Shown: in pieces, positions 14,530-27,288 of the stretch | How positions within the stretch are numbered: the first letter of the stretch is position 1 | Layout: each line of letters starts with the position of its first letter | Assembly: GCF_009914755.1 (NCBI RefSeq) | Contig: NC_060929.1 | DNA: 64,000 bases | Reading direction: 5' to 3' (one strand) | From: the human T2T-CHM13v2.0 reference genome, Homo sapiens | Translations under genes and position numbers: made by a program | Notes under the pieces: generated by a model | Seen by the model: only the letters and a program-made list of their open reading frames with translations | Told to the model about the DNA's origin: nothing | Database searches by the model: none

Positions 14530-15741
14530 TTTGGTAAGACATGGCTTTTGGCTTTTTATCTCCTTCTCCACTTATTTTTTACCTGTGGAAAATGATTCAG
14601 AAACCGGACAGAGCTTTGCATAAGAGGTGTAAATTGTGAAGTTCCTTAACTCTGAAAATTGAAGACATAAATATATAGAATTTTCCCTTCTAGTATCACT
14701 GAGGGAAGAATAGTGGCTGTGGGAATTTGGTAGTTTGGGATATTCTGAAATTGTTTGCTGTCATTTTCATTTGTAATAAGTTTACTTGGCAAGTTCTGTA
14801 CCAAAGCTATCTTGAGGGCAAAGTTTGTGAACACCTTTTAAAACACAGTTTACGTTTCTAGAAAAAAGATCTTATGCTTACTAAACAAAATTCCTTTCAG
14901 CAGTTTTCAATGACTCAGAGCCCTGATATTTGCATAGTGATTCGGCCAATGGAAGTTGACTTTGAGATAATTTTGGTTAAGATAAGTCTCCTGGTTTATG
15001 CTTTTAAAAGGTTAGGTTAATAAAGGCCTGTCCGGAATAGTATAATGTGCAGTGGTTTCCAGCCACTTTTGATTATCTCAAATGCCACCTATAGAGCTGG
15101 GTAGTAATAGTGATATTAAGGTATTATTTCAGAGGGACCCACAAGGCCAACTTTGGACTCTTGACATTAAACACTGCAAAATTCCAAAGTGCAGACAGCT
15201 TGGCAAGTTTGAGTTCTGGTGCATTCTGTTCACAACTATTTTTTTTTTTTTTTCAATAGTGCTTTTGTCTTTCTGCTAAAGGTCAGACTGTAGTTGTCGA
15301 GTACTGGTATTGTTCCTGAATTATTCGGGAAGAGGGTGGAAATATTGACTTAGTTTTTCTATTATAATATCCTATCACAATGCTGGATTTTAATGATTTA
15401 AAAATGTAAATAAAAGTATTTGCATTTTTAGACTACTTGTGAGCAGCTGCCAATTCTAAAATCACTATGGGTGTTTGCAGCTCTTTTCTGGGCTCATTTT
15501 ACCCATCTTTGATCTTCTATCAACATGCAGGTCTGTGTGATGGGCTAGAACCAGCATGTATTTTGTTTAGAGTCAGACTTTGTTGGAATCCTGGTGTCAC
15601 AATTTGGACCCTCGGGGCAGCACCCAGATTAAGTAACCTCTGTAATATGGGGGTGCCACCACTGCTTTGCAGAGCTGTTAGATAAAGTAATGCATATTGC
15701 CTGCTACAAAGTAGATGTTGTATTTGAGTGTAGAGGAGGGG

Positions 15742-16108
15742 TGTATTTGCCCATTCTCATGATGCTAATAAAGATATACCTGAGACTGGGTAATTTATAA
15801 AGCAAGAGGTTTAACAGACTCACAGTTCCACATGCGGCTAGGAAGGCCTCACAATCACGGCAGAGGATGAAGGAAGAGCAAAAGTATTTCTTACATGGCA
15901 GCGGGCAAGAGAGAACTTGTTCAGGGGAACTCCTCTTTATCAATCCATCAGATCTCGTGAGACTTATTTGCTGTCACGAGAACAGCACAAGAAAGACCCG
16001 CCTCCATGATCCAATTACCTTCCACTGGGTCGCTCCCACGACATGTGGGAATTGTGGAAGTGACAATTCAAGATGAGATTTGGGTGGGGACACAGCCAAT
16101 CCATATCA
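15742..16108 (-). mobile_element. THE1 solo LTR
   Basis: Reverse complement begins TGATATGG..TGGCTGTGTCCCCACCCAAATCTCATCTTGAAT; TG...CA ends; 5-bp TSD AGGGG (15737-15741, 16109-16113). Confidence 0.9.
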
Positions 16109-18759
16109 AGGGGGGGTAAGGTTTAAGTGCAGAGCCATTGAGTCCAGGCTGCTGCCACGTACTCTTCCAGGGCAATGGAGGTAGTCTGAGTCTGCTCCAT
16201 GGAGAGTGGCCATGAGGGACCCAGAGCTGACCTCTGCCTGCCTCAAGCCGGATTACAATTCTGTTGGGACTGTTTTTCAACTGCACCCAGCTGATCTAGA
16301 GAGAGTTTATAATTGATGTGTGTTTAGCTCTGTGTCAGCATCACTGGTTTCTTAAGGAGTCTCACTCAATTCATTGGGGCTAAAAACATGAAATGGGTTT
16401 AACTTTCTCTAGGCACTGCTTACCACTGTGCCCTGTTAAATCCCCCCTTCCAGTCTCTGAATGGTGGATTGGGCATCTTCTATCATTCTTTCATCTTTCC
16501 AAATCTCCTAATGTTACATCCAGTTCATCTTCTGTGCCTCTCCTACTCTCTCTTCTGAGCTCTAGGCCCTCTGGGATGCTGGGGTGGAGAGGAGAGGATG
16601 GAAATGGGGAGCAAGGGACTAGTAATTATTTAACTCGCCAAGCGGAGTTGGTGGTGAGAAAGTGCCTCTCGTAGCCTGCTGCTTTTGTGTGGTTTGTTCT
16701 GATGGTGGGGTGTCTGCTCAGGTGATGTGTGACTCTCTTGGGGCTGTGTTTGGCTTTACCTCAGCCTCGTTTGTGAGCAGCCTGTGCAAAGGACAGCAGT
16801 GTCCCCCTTTGGTATTGCTGGGTGTTCATGCCCCATCAGGCTTCAACTCCTCCTTCTAGTGAGTGTCCTGGTGCTTGGCCCATCAGCTGCCTGGCAGCCC
16901 AAGGGCTCCTGCCCCTCTGACCTCAACACTCCTTCAAAAGGAACTGTGTGAGTTACTGCAGTCCTGTCTCTCTGTCCAGGGGTTGTAGGGAACTGAACTG
17001 GAGCGGGAATATTCCAGTCTTCTTTCCTGGAACATTCCCTTGAGGCTCTGCTTGCATGTGGCTCCCTCAGTGGGCCTGCCACTCCCGAATCTCTGACTCA
17101 AAAATGGGTACCAGTCTCATGCTCATGGGTGTGCCCCCACTCCAGGGACTGGATGCCAAGTTCCCCCTACTCCCTGACATGCTCCGTTCTGCTGCAGTGC
17201 CAGCCTGGAAGGGAGCGGGAAACTGTGAAGTCTTCAGCTCAGCCAGCAGTCAGACTAGGAGCAAGATGCTCATCTCTCCTTCTTGCAGGTATCCTAGTCT
17301 CTCCTAGTGATTCTCTTGGAAGTCCCCCAACCCCTACCTGGTTGGGGAAGCAGACAGTAACCTGCACTAGAACCTTGCCCTCCCCATAAAGCCAACATCA
17401 ACCTTTCTCCTTGTCCTTGCATGGGAAGAGGGGCTGTGGTCAGGTAGTAAGACTGGTCCTCTGACCTCCTGGGGAAGCCATAGGGGGCAGTGTCTGACCC
17501 TACTTGTTTATGGCTTTCTGAGTAGGGTACTTAGCCCTGTTGTGCTCAGCTTTGGCCTTGGCTGTATTCTAAAAATAAGGGAAACAGCCCATTTAACAAT
17601 ATCCTTTTTAAGGATATTAGTAATATTCTCTTTCTGTAGTGCCCAGGATGTTCTTCCTGTGCATCCTTTCCTGCAGTAGCAGAGTGAGGGCAGGACCACA
17701 CTAATACTTACTGGCATTTGTGTCGGATTTGATCAGTAGGCTTAAAATGTATTTCACCTTGGAAAGGTATGGTAGGGGTCTCCATGGACATCATTTTAAT
17801 TAGCTGCAGGAATTGGAGGTTCAAAGCGCCCCAAGTTTTCTTCAGTTTCCCCCTCCTGACTCTATGCCAGTGACTTAGAAATATAAAGGTGTGTTCTCTT
17901 GGATGGATTGTTTGACTTGCTGCTTCCTCTTCATATTCACCTAAGAAATGGACGGTCAAAATAAATGGAAAGTCTTACTTTAAATAGCAGAGTTGATGAT
18001 TAGGTTCAGGTAATCTATTTCATTGTTCATTTATTAAGTAGATACAAGAAAGAAAAAGGAAACCACTGGGAGGGTATGAGTGAAATGGCTAGCTCTTTTT
18101 GGGAAAAGTTAATCTGGTGGCAGAGTATGGAAACTAGATCATCCAGGGGAAGAGGAGTTGGAGGTATGGAGCACTAGATTATAGGTCAGTGTTCAGACCA
18201 GAGGTCAAAGGGCCTGACCACAGTAAGTGGCAGTGGTAGTGGGAAGGAGGGGATGAAATGAGAGAGAGGCACAGAGTTGCTGGAAGCCAACAACGGACTG
18301 GAATGAGAACAGGGAATGACTTTGCAGCATTAATCTGGGATCCATGAAAGGAGAGGGTACCATGAACAGAAGTAAGGGAGTTAGAAGAAAAGACCAATTT
18401 GAGGGTGCGGAACATCAGGGCTACCCTTGGCCTATAGTGCCTTTTCAAGAAGGAAAAGATGTTCCCTCCTCCAGGCACAGGACCTGGCCTGTAGCACACA
18501 GGCTGGTCTGGGCTAGGTTCTGGTGCACAGTGTGCCACCTACACAACCATACATGATGGCCCCGGGGAAGATTCCTTTAGAGCAGCAAGGTTCCCATGGA
18601 GTAAGAAGGCCTCAACACTTCATCAAGGGCATAGCCAGACTCTAATGTCGAATGAGTGATAGTGCTTATTCCTGTATTGATTGCAGAAAAAGCCATCATG
18701 TAAGAAAAGCACTCCTTTTGACAGACACCTACCTAATCTACACATATCACAGCTTTTCT

Positions 18760-19520
18760 TTTTTTTATCGTGATGAAATATATATAATGTAAAATTTACC
18801 ATTCTAACCATTTTTAAATGGACAATCTAGTGGCATTAAGTACATTTACAACATTGTGCAACATCATCATTCTCCATTTCCAGAAATTTTTATCTTGCAA
18901 AGCTGAAACTCTGTTCCCATTAAAAATAATTCCCTATTCCCCCTCCTCCTAGCCCCCTGGTAACCTCTATTCTACTTTCTGCCTCTGTGATCTGCCTACT
19001 TTAGATACCTCATATAAGTGGAATCATAGAATATGTGTCCTTTGGTGCCCATCTGACTTTTTAACTTAGTGTCATGTCTTCAAGTTTCATCGTGTGGCAT
19101 TTATCAGAATTTTATTCCTTTTCGTGGCCAAATAACTTTGTATTGTATGGATATATACCACATTTTGTTTATCTATTCATCTGTTGCTGGGCACGTGAGT
19201 TGTTTCCATGTTTTGGTGATCATGACTGATGCTGCAGTTAACATGGGGTGCAGGTATATATTTGAGTCTTTGCTTCTAATTCTTTGGGGATATTATAATA
19301 CCTATACTGGATCACAAAGTAATTCTACGTTTCACTTTTTGAGGAGCCACCAAACTGTTTTCCACAGTGGCTGCCCCATCTTACATTCCCACTAACAGTT
19401 CATAAGTGTTTCAACTTCTCATCATCCTCACCATCATTTGTTATTTTCTGTTTCTTTAAAACCAGTAGCCATCTTAATAAAGTAATATTGCATTACAGTT
19501 TTGATGTGCATTTCCCTGGT
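18760..19520 (-). mobile_element. L1MB-type 3' end fragment
   Basis: aaaatttaccatt...gtggcattaagtacatt...cctcatataagtggaatcat...ccaaactgttttccacagtggctg...ttacattcccac. Confidence 0.8.
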
Positions 19521-19750
19521 GTCCCAGTTCTACTTTTATATACCTGCTTGTCATTAAGAAAGCTCTACTTTTCAAGAATGCTGGAAAGAGCAGCTTTCCC
19601 CCGCTATAAACTCATAGCCAACCTTCACTTATATGAGAACATGCAGAGCATAGTTTCATCTCCTTTGAAATACTGTAATAAGAGTTTTAGATGTATTTGA
19701 TTCAACGTGCAGAATGTTTATTTTTTGTGTGCGTGTATGTGTGTATGTGT

Positions 19751-20010
19751 TTGAGACAGCGACTTGTTCTGTCACCCAGACTAGCATGAAGTGGTGCAAT
19801 CACAGCTCACTGAAACCTCACCCTCTTGGGCTGCAGCAATGCTCCCACCTCAGCCCTCTGAGTAGGTGGGACTATGGGCATGCAACACCATGCCATACTA
19901 ATTAAAAAAAAAAATTGATAGAGATGGTGTCACACTGCTGGGCACAAGCAGTCCTCCTGCCTTGGCCTCCCAAAGTGTTGGGATTACAGGCATGGGCCAC
20001 TGTGCCCGGC
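19751..20010 (-). mobile_element. AluJ with (TG)-rich tail, within a probable MER102-like hAT element (about 19690-20235)
   Basis: Diverged antisense Alu; flank 'cccctgcaggtatctgtttccaagcccgccctg' resembles the MER102 end. Confidence 0.65.
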
Positions 20011-22599
20011 CACTATTTTTCAGTTAGTTGTGAGCATTTAAAAAAACAGAAGAACTCATAAAAAATCTGAATCTTCCACTTTTCAAGAAATCCCAAAGGT
20101 CAGGCCCTTGTGGTCCACATTTCCACAAGTAGCTGTGAGCTAGAGCCAAGTTGCTTACAGCCCCCACCCAGCCAGCTTCGTTCCTTACCGGTACCGGCCT
20201 CACCCCTGCAGGTATCTGTTTCCAAGCCCGCCCTGTTAGAGTGGATTTTCTGAGGCTAAAGTTAGTTTGGATTTATTCCAACTTATATAAATAATCGAGG
20301 TGATTAGATATGACTAATACTTCTGTTCTACCTAGCTACTTAATACCTCCACTGACACTTTCTTTCCTGATAAAATCTGAAATCTCTTCATTTATCCTTG
20401 CATCCCTTGAGCCCCTTGAGGGACAGGTCTTATCAACAGATTGGTTTCTACTGGTTAAAAGTTGCATTAAATTTGTCTCCTCATACCTGGAACAATTGGA
20501 TATCATGTTTTGCATCTGCCCATCAGGTAGATACACCCTTTTAGCTCTGCCACATTCTAACATAGAGTGGCTCTTCTGTCATTGCCACCTAATTGTAGGC
20601 CTCTGCTTGCTAGTTGTATCCACTGTTTACGTTATAGAGAAATCTTTTCACATATGTAAGGACTTTATATCTGTGTGTGTGCCCATTCATTTAATAGTCT
20701 TTGTATATGCTAGAATTAAGGCACAAGAAATACAAATGTTTCATGTCTGTGGTCAGGAAATACAGTTAGCAATGGCTGTAGCTGTTTAGATTGTGAAGAT
20801 GATAATTGGCCGCTTCAGATCCTGTGTCTTACAGATAATCAGTACTGGAAGGTGTAGGGTGAAGCTGCGTCACAGCCATGAAATGGAGGCATTGTGAAAC
20901 CCAAGCCGGCCCAGAACACCCTCGCAGCATGATTTGTTATTGCACAGAGCTGGCTGTACTGCTGCTGAAGCCATATTTCCTGAAACTCAAGAACGCCAGA
21001 GTGGAATAGAGTTCTCTTATAACCAGCTCCTGTTCCCTCAAACCTTCGCATGACACCCCTTGTGGTTTTCAGCCCGTCTCTCTGTGTGGTCGCTAATGAC
21101 TTCATTAAAGGTGAAGCATTTCAGTGATCAAGAGCCAGTGCTTGATGATGGTTGGAGGGACGTAAATGTGCAAGCGGGCCTCAGAGCCTAGGTGGACCGG
21201 CCTCCTTGCCTTCACTCTCAGGCATCACGGCCCTCCAGCATGTTTCTCTGAGGAGCTGTTGATCATTTGCCCAGGAGATGGAGCTGGGAACCTCGTTGTC
21301 ACCAAGTCAGTACCAATGATTTGTGCTTCCTGTCAGGGAAACCTGTGGTGCATGTGTTTGTCTTCTGCTTCTCAGCCAGTTTCTTTTTGCATCCATCAAT
21401 CTCTTCTTATCTGTCTTCTTTTTCCTGACTGGGCATAGTAGTCAGTTGTGAGTTTGGACTTGTATTTTCTTATTTTGTAACAGTTTGTTTCCTGGCTTCA
21501 TCTTGCCCCTCCCTCCTAAAAGCTCCACTTGTCTTTTATTTCTCAAGGTAGATGGGACGAGGTTTTTTGTTTTTTGTTTTTGTTTTTGTTTTGTCAGGTT
21601 GACTTACATTTCCCCCCATTAGGGTGTGCCGCAGAAAGAAGTTTTCTCTATTTCTGATGTCTATGTCAATACAGAACAATAATGAAATTGTTAGGCAGGT
21701 GAAATGGTACTTAACTATCTGTCTGGAAACTCCTAAGCGCCTGCAAGTCTTTCTGAGTGAGAATTTACTGTGGATAGCAGTTAAGATGCCCCATTCCTGA
21801 ACATGCTGTAGGAATGGGTCCTGGTAGGCATCACTTTCTAGCCAGTCCAAAGCCACGCTTTCCTGGCAGCCTGTTCCTCTCATCATCTTCCTGTTCCCAT
21901 GGCCATGGCACCCCAAATGTCTGCTGCTCTGACCAAAAAGCTGGCAGACAGTAAATAAACTGACTTCTAAGATAAGAACCTTCATTTGAAACAATTTTTA
22001 ACATGCCTTCTTTGTCAAGGAGTAAAGACCCTGAATCCCCCAGGGGTTCCTACAGCCCACGATGGTTCACAAGAGAGTCTACAATCCTCAGAGCCAAGAA
22101 GCACTGAGACTCAAGGACAGGGCCACTTGACAGAGAGAGCAGTTCCCAGCCGACTTGGGGCCTAGGAGGATATTCTGGGTGGCAGGGCTCTAATTGATTA
22201 TTAACCTACATATAAAATCAAGGACATATAGCCAAGCACAGCAGCAAATGCTGCCACCTTGTGAGCTGCCTGTGGTTGTGCTGGGTGGAGATGGATCTAG
22301 CTAAGGCACACCAGGATGCAGCTTAGAGAGAACTTGGTCAGATTTTTACTGCTTCTGGTATAATTGGAACACTTTACTTCTTAAGCCTACTGTGTAATGT
22401 TATGTGTACAGAGTGAGTGGTTGCTTAATTAAGTGCTTTAATTTTTTTTGGTCATATATACACGTGGTGCAAAATGTAAAAGGCCCAAAGGAGGGGACAG
22501 TGAAAATTATATCTTTCTCCCACCCAGTTCCCCTTCCCAAAGGTAAACATTATTGCCAGTTTCTTTTGTAGCCTAGTGGGAATAATTTCTGAATAGTTA

Positions 22600-22880
22600 T
22601 CCATACTTTATAGGTAACTCTATAGCGATAGAACTATATGTAGTTCTATACAGTATGTATGTAGTTATATACAGTACATATATATGTCTACAGTATATAT
22701 GTAGTTATATACAGTATATATGTATATATGTACTATATGTAAATATATACATATGTAGTTGTATACAGTACATATATACATATCTATAGTTTTCTTCTAT
22801 ATAGTTATCTCTACATATACATACATATATACACATAACTATGTATATAAAACTATACAATTGTTACACTGTTGTGTAAC
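22600..22880. repeat. Degenerate TA-rich tandem repeat, core TATGTAGTT(A/C/G)TATACAGTA
   Basis: About four core copies among (TA)/(TATG) runs. Confidence 0.8.
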
Positions 22881-23904
22881 ATGGATGTGTATACAATAGC
22901 GATATGATTAAATATTTCTTATTAATGATGATTTCCTGCAGCCTTTCAATCTTGTTAAACACAAGGAAAATTAGAAATGGACCGAACAGAAGTGGCATCA
23001 TAAAAGGCAGCTACTGTTTGGGAGCAAGGGACATGCCGTGGAGAGGAAATGTGTGGTGGTCTGAAATTGCACCAGTTTCCACTACAATTTTAAAACCATG
23101 CCTAGCCTTGCCAAAGGACCTCGGGGGCAAAGGTTAAGCCGACACACCCTTTAGGTCATGGTACACAGTATCTCTGGGCACATGGTGGACTCTGGTTTGT
23201 GCTGGACCCCTAAAAGTTATTTCCTTTTATCCCTGGTTCCCTCCCTCCCATAGGCAACATTCTGATATGTATACAATGTATCATTTAGATTTGTGTGTAT
23301 TCTTGCAATGGATCTTGTTTTGTGTGTAAGTATTTTTAATTTATGCAAATGGTATGGCTATCTCATTCTGTTCCTTAGTTTTTTTTACTAGGCTTTGAAA
23401 GTTCCATCCATTTTACTAGGTGTGAATCCACTTCATTGCTATCTGTCTTTGTAGGGCCAAACTGAGATTTGGAAAATACTTGAAGCAATCTTTGTGACTT
23501 TTTACCCAGGTTTTTTCACATGTTGACACACATGACAAAAAGTGCATGTACTTTTGTGTTACTGTTTTACTCACTTTACTATTTCAACTTTCCTCCATTT
23601 TGCTAATTTGTCATAAATATTAATGGCTGTATAGTATTCCATTTATATAATCAGTTATTACTTCACACTCTCTCCTGTCATCAGACATCTGAGTTTTTTA
23701 TTTTTAATATCATTGTGGTTACATGCGTATCATTGGTCTTTGTTGATTTTCTTTTTCTTAAGCCAGAACAGATGCCCAATAGGGAATTATTGAGCCAGAG
23801 AAAAATTCTCCTATAGCATGTGATGGAAGTGGCCACATTTTACCTCTTGCTTTATTTCCAGAAATGAACACAGGTGTCTATATCCATTTAATACACCCCT
23901 TTTT

Positions 23905-24198
23905 GGCCGGGTGTGTTGGCTCACACCTGTAATCCCAGCACTTTGGGAGGCCGAGGTGGGCAGATCACTTGAGGTCGGGAGTTCAAAACCAGCCTAGCCA
24001 ACGTGGTGAAACCCCATCTCTACTAAAAATACAAAAATTGGTCAGGTGTGGTGGCGTGTGCCTGTAATCTCAGCTATTCCGGAGGCTGAGGCAGGAGAAT
24101 CCTCGAACCTGGGAGGCAGAGGTTGCAGTGAGCTGAGATCATGCCACAGCACTCCAGCCTGAGGGACAGAGTGGGACTCCATTTCAAAAAAACAAAAC
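23905..24198 (+). mobile_element. AluS
   Basis: Full dimer; TSD AATACACC(C/A)CTTTTT. Confidence 0.92.
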
Positions 24199-26309
24199 AA
24201 TACACCACTTTTTATTTGTAGTGCACTATACTTAGAGCTGTTGCCATAGGAATTGATATACCAGGCGTCATGGTGGTCAGCAGACAAATAGGAAACTCCT
24301 GTTATGTCGTCAGAATGAGTTGCAGAGAGTACCATCTGCTACCTGTATTGTACATCTTTCTGTTCCTCTGTCACGCCTGGCACAAGAGCAGCATTGGTTT
24401 AATCATCAGCAGCCCTTCTGCTCTCTGTAGTCAGGATTGGCAGTAACTCATTGGTGGGCAACACTGCCTTGGTCTTGCCGCTTGCACTGTGAACTGTAAC
24501 TACGGACACACATGTCAGGAAAGAATGGTGCTTGGGATGCTCCTCCTATCTGTGCCTCAAACGTTTTCACTCGAGGGATATTAAAAAGTGGCCTACTGCT
24601 TATAAAGACTGTGTGTCAGTGAAGAGGAAGAGGTGGGAGTGGAGAGTGGGAGGCATTTGCAAGAACATATGTTGGATTCTTTTTTTCTCTTCTTGGTGAC
24701 AATGATTGACGGCATCTAGTGAGTCCCTGTTTGTCACTTCCTTGGTACAGCTGGTAGTGGAGGTGGGGGAAATCAATAAGGGCTGGACAAAGGACATAGC
24801 TAGAGGAAGAAAGCACTGCAAATATGGTATTAAGATGACATTCCTCACAGTTGAATTTTTCACTGTGCTATTACTTCACACTACCTGCTGCGAGCTATTC
24901 TCTTTTGATCCTTTAGGCTGTAGAGGAATCAGTCTGTGTAACTCTCCCTCATTCACCACCTCCAAGAAAGGGTTAACTTTGGACATAAGATAACTGTAGT
25001 TTAAGGGGAGGAAGAGAAGGAAGGAAATTCATACTGGATACAGCTTTTGCCAGTTTTGTTTCTTCTATGTTGAAATATGGGCTGGCTTTATGGCATTCTC
25101 TTGGTGTTCTGGAATGTCCATTATTTAACAATTCCATATTGAATACTTGCTTGGGGCTTAGAAGAGGGAAGTCAAGTGTAGGAAGGAGTTGTGGCAATTT
25201 AAGTAAGTTTACAATGATCTTATTAAGCTTGTTGCTTTCATTTTCCTGCCTACGTTGGGGCAAAGACGTGTTAAAAGTGCAAGAACAGTGATTATTTTGT
25301 GGTTAGAGCATGTGCACAGTGTAGACAAACCCAGGAAGGAGAATCTGCTTCATCAAGTCTTAAGTTGTTATTTAGACCAAAATGTATGCGTAAGCCTCAG
25401 ATGACTGTTGATGTGCCAGGAAACTTCTGCTGAGTACTTTCGGTTCTTTCTTCTTTACTTTACCTCTGCACCCCAGCTCATGGTTATCTTGTAAAACTGA
25501 AGGTGCTTTGCACTGCAAACAGACATGACAGCTCAGTCTCCCCTGTAGCAAGTTCTAGGGAAGGCAGGTTGGCAGAGTCCCATTTTTGAGCTCAGTTCTC
25601 CAAGGCCCTTTGGTCAGCTTATTTTCCTGCAGGGTGTCACATCCCACAGTAGTCTCCACCTGGAAGACATTGGATCTCATATGTTCAGATCAGTGTAGCC
25701 ACGCTGCTCTGTGGAGAACAGTGTGATAAATCCTTGGTAGCATTACGCTTTAAACTGGTGGCCACTTGCCTACCTCCTTTTAATTTCATTTTGTTAACAA
25801 TTGTTTCTTGAGGACCTGTTGCATGCTGGGTGCTTTTTTCCTGGGTGATTTCACATTTAGCATCTGTTTTCATTCTCATGACTTCTCTGTGAGGTAGCAA
25901 GTATTGTACCCAGTTTTCTGATAGAGGAAATTGTGGCCCAGAGAGATTGTTGTACCCCAAAGTAATGAAGATGAATACAGTTGCAGAACCAAGTTAGAAG
26001 CCAGATTTTTGGAGATCCAAGGTCCAGTGAACACAGCTGTACCCCCACAGACACTTCCGAAAGTGACCACAGCCTCTTCAGCCAGTCCTGAAGAGTATGT
26101 TCACCTTCATCTGTCTTAAAGCACAGGCACACCTGGCTTTGGGAAAGCATAGTTTATCAAGATCTGAATTGGCTCATTTTAGTTTTAGAAAAGGTTTCAC
26201 CTAAGGCTTCTGCTTAAGAAGAGAGCATTCCTAGGAAGTGAGCTTAAGCCCTGTTCACCCTATTAATCTTAAGTGATTTGTCAGAGCAGAGTGGCAGAGA
26301 GGTGTCCTG

Positions 26310-27120
26310 CAGAGGTGACAACCTGAATTTAAATCACAGCTCAGCCGCTTACTAGCTGTGTAATCTTGAGCAAATTACTTAACTCTCTGAGCCTCTTCTT
26401 CCTTCTCTATTAAAGGGGAGTGATATCAATCTCATCAGATTAGTGTGAGAATACATTCATATAAGTGCCAAGTACCTGCTAAGTGCTAGTCCATGTGCTA
26501 AGTAAATGTGAGCTGCAATTGTTTGCCATTGGCATTATCAGTAGAGTGGGAGTCTCATTATAGCAGAAACCTGGCTCTCCTGAACATATGTAAATATTTA
26601 CATAGCCCCTACTAAATGCCATTTAAGAGTGTATCTAGTGTAAGGCAATAGGATGTGTTTAGCAGGAGGAGTGGATTTGTTCAGGGGGTGCAACAGACTG
26701 GGATGGGAGAAGAAGGCATGTTTGATAGTCAAAATGCTGGCATACTTCCTGCGCAAGGAAGTCTGTATGGCTAAACAGTGCTGAACTAAACAAATACTGC
26801 TGAAGGTCAGGTGTGAACAGTGAATCATATTGGCGGGGCATGGTCTGGGATATGGTGGTGAGCAGTAAAAACTACAATAGCTACCATGAAAGGTACCTAC
26901 TATATGCCAGGCACTGTTCTAGTGCTTTTCTCCTATTAGCCCTTGGAAGCAGTTCTATTATTATCCCATTTTGTAGATTAGGAAACAGACTCAGATTAAT
27001 TCAGTTACCCAAGGGGCACGTAACTGGTAAGTGGCAGAGCTTTGGTTCAGTCTCAGGCGTCGAGCTCTGGAGTGTGTGTGTGTGTGTGTGTGTGTGTGCT
27101 TTCAACCATTGTGTTAGATG
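26310..27120. mobile_element. Two MIR fragments; (TG)n microsatellite at about 27073-27098
   Basis: cttactagctgtgtaatcttgagcaaattacttaactctctgagcctc and attattatcccattttgtagat..ggaaacagactcaga MIR cores. Confidence 0.7.
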
Positions 27121-27288
27121 CCTCTCAAGACAGATAAGGTCCTTGCTATTGTAGAATTCACAGTCTAACTGAGTGAGCCAGTCAAACTAATAAGTATTAT
27201 ATCTAGTCTGCCAGGTAGTAATAAATGCAGTGAAGAGAAAATTGGGTGAGGAATTTTAGAGGATGATGGGAGTTGATGTTTTAGCTAG

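Noticed and set aside
16580-17510. GC-richer blocks here, at 10300-10970 and at 46290-46800 that look like ancient repeats
   Set aside because: Could not assign a family or boundaries by eye; needs RepeatMasker.
20310-21994. 159-aa (+) and 152-aa (-) ORFs
   Set aside because: No recognisable domain or splice context; lengths compatible with chance.
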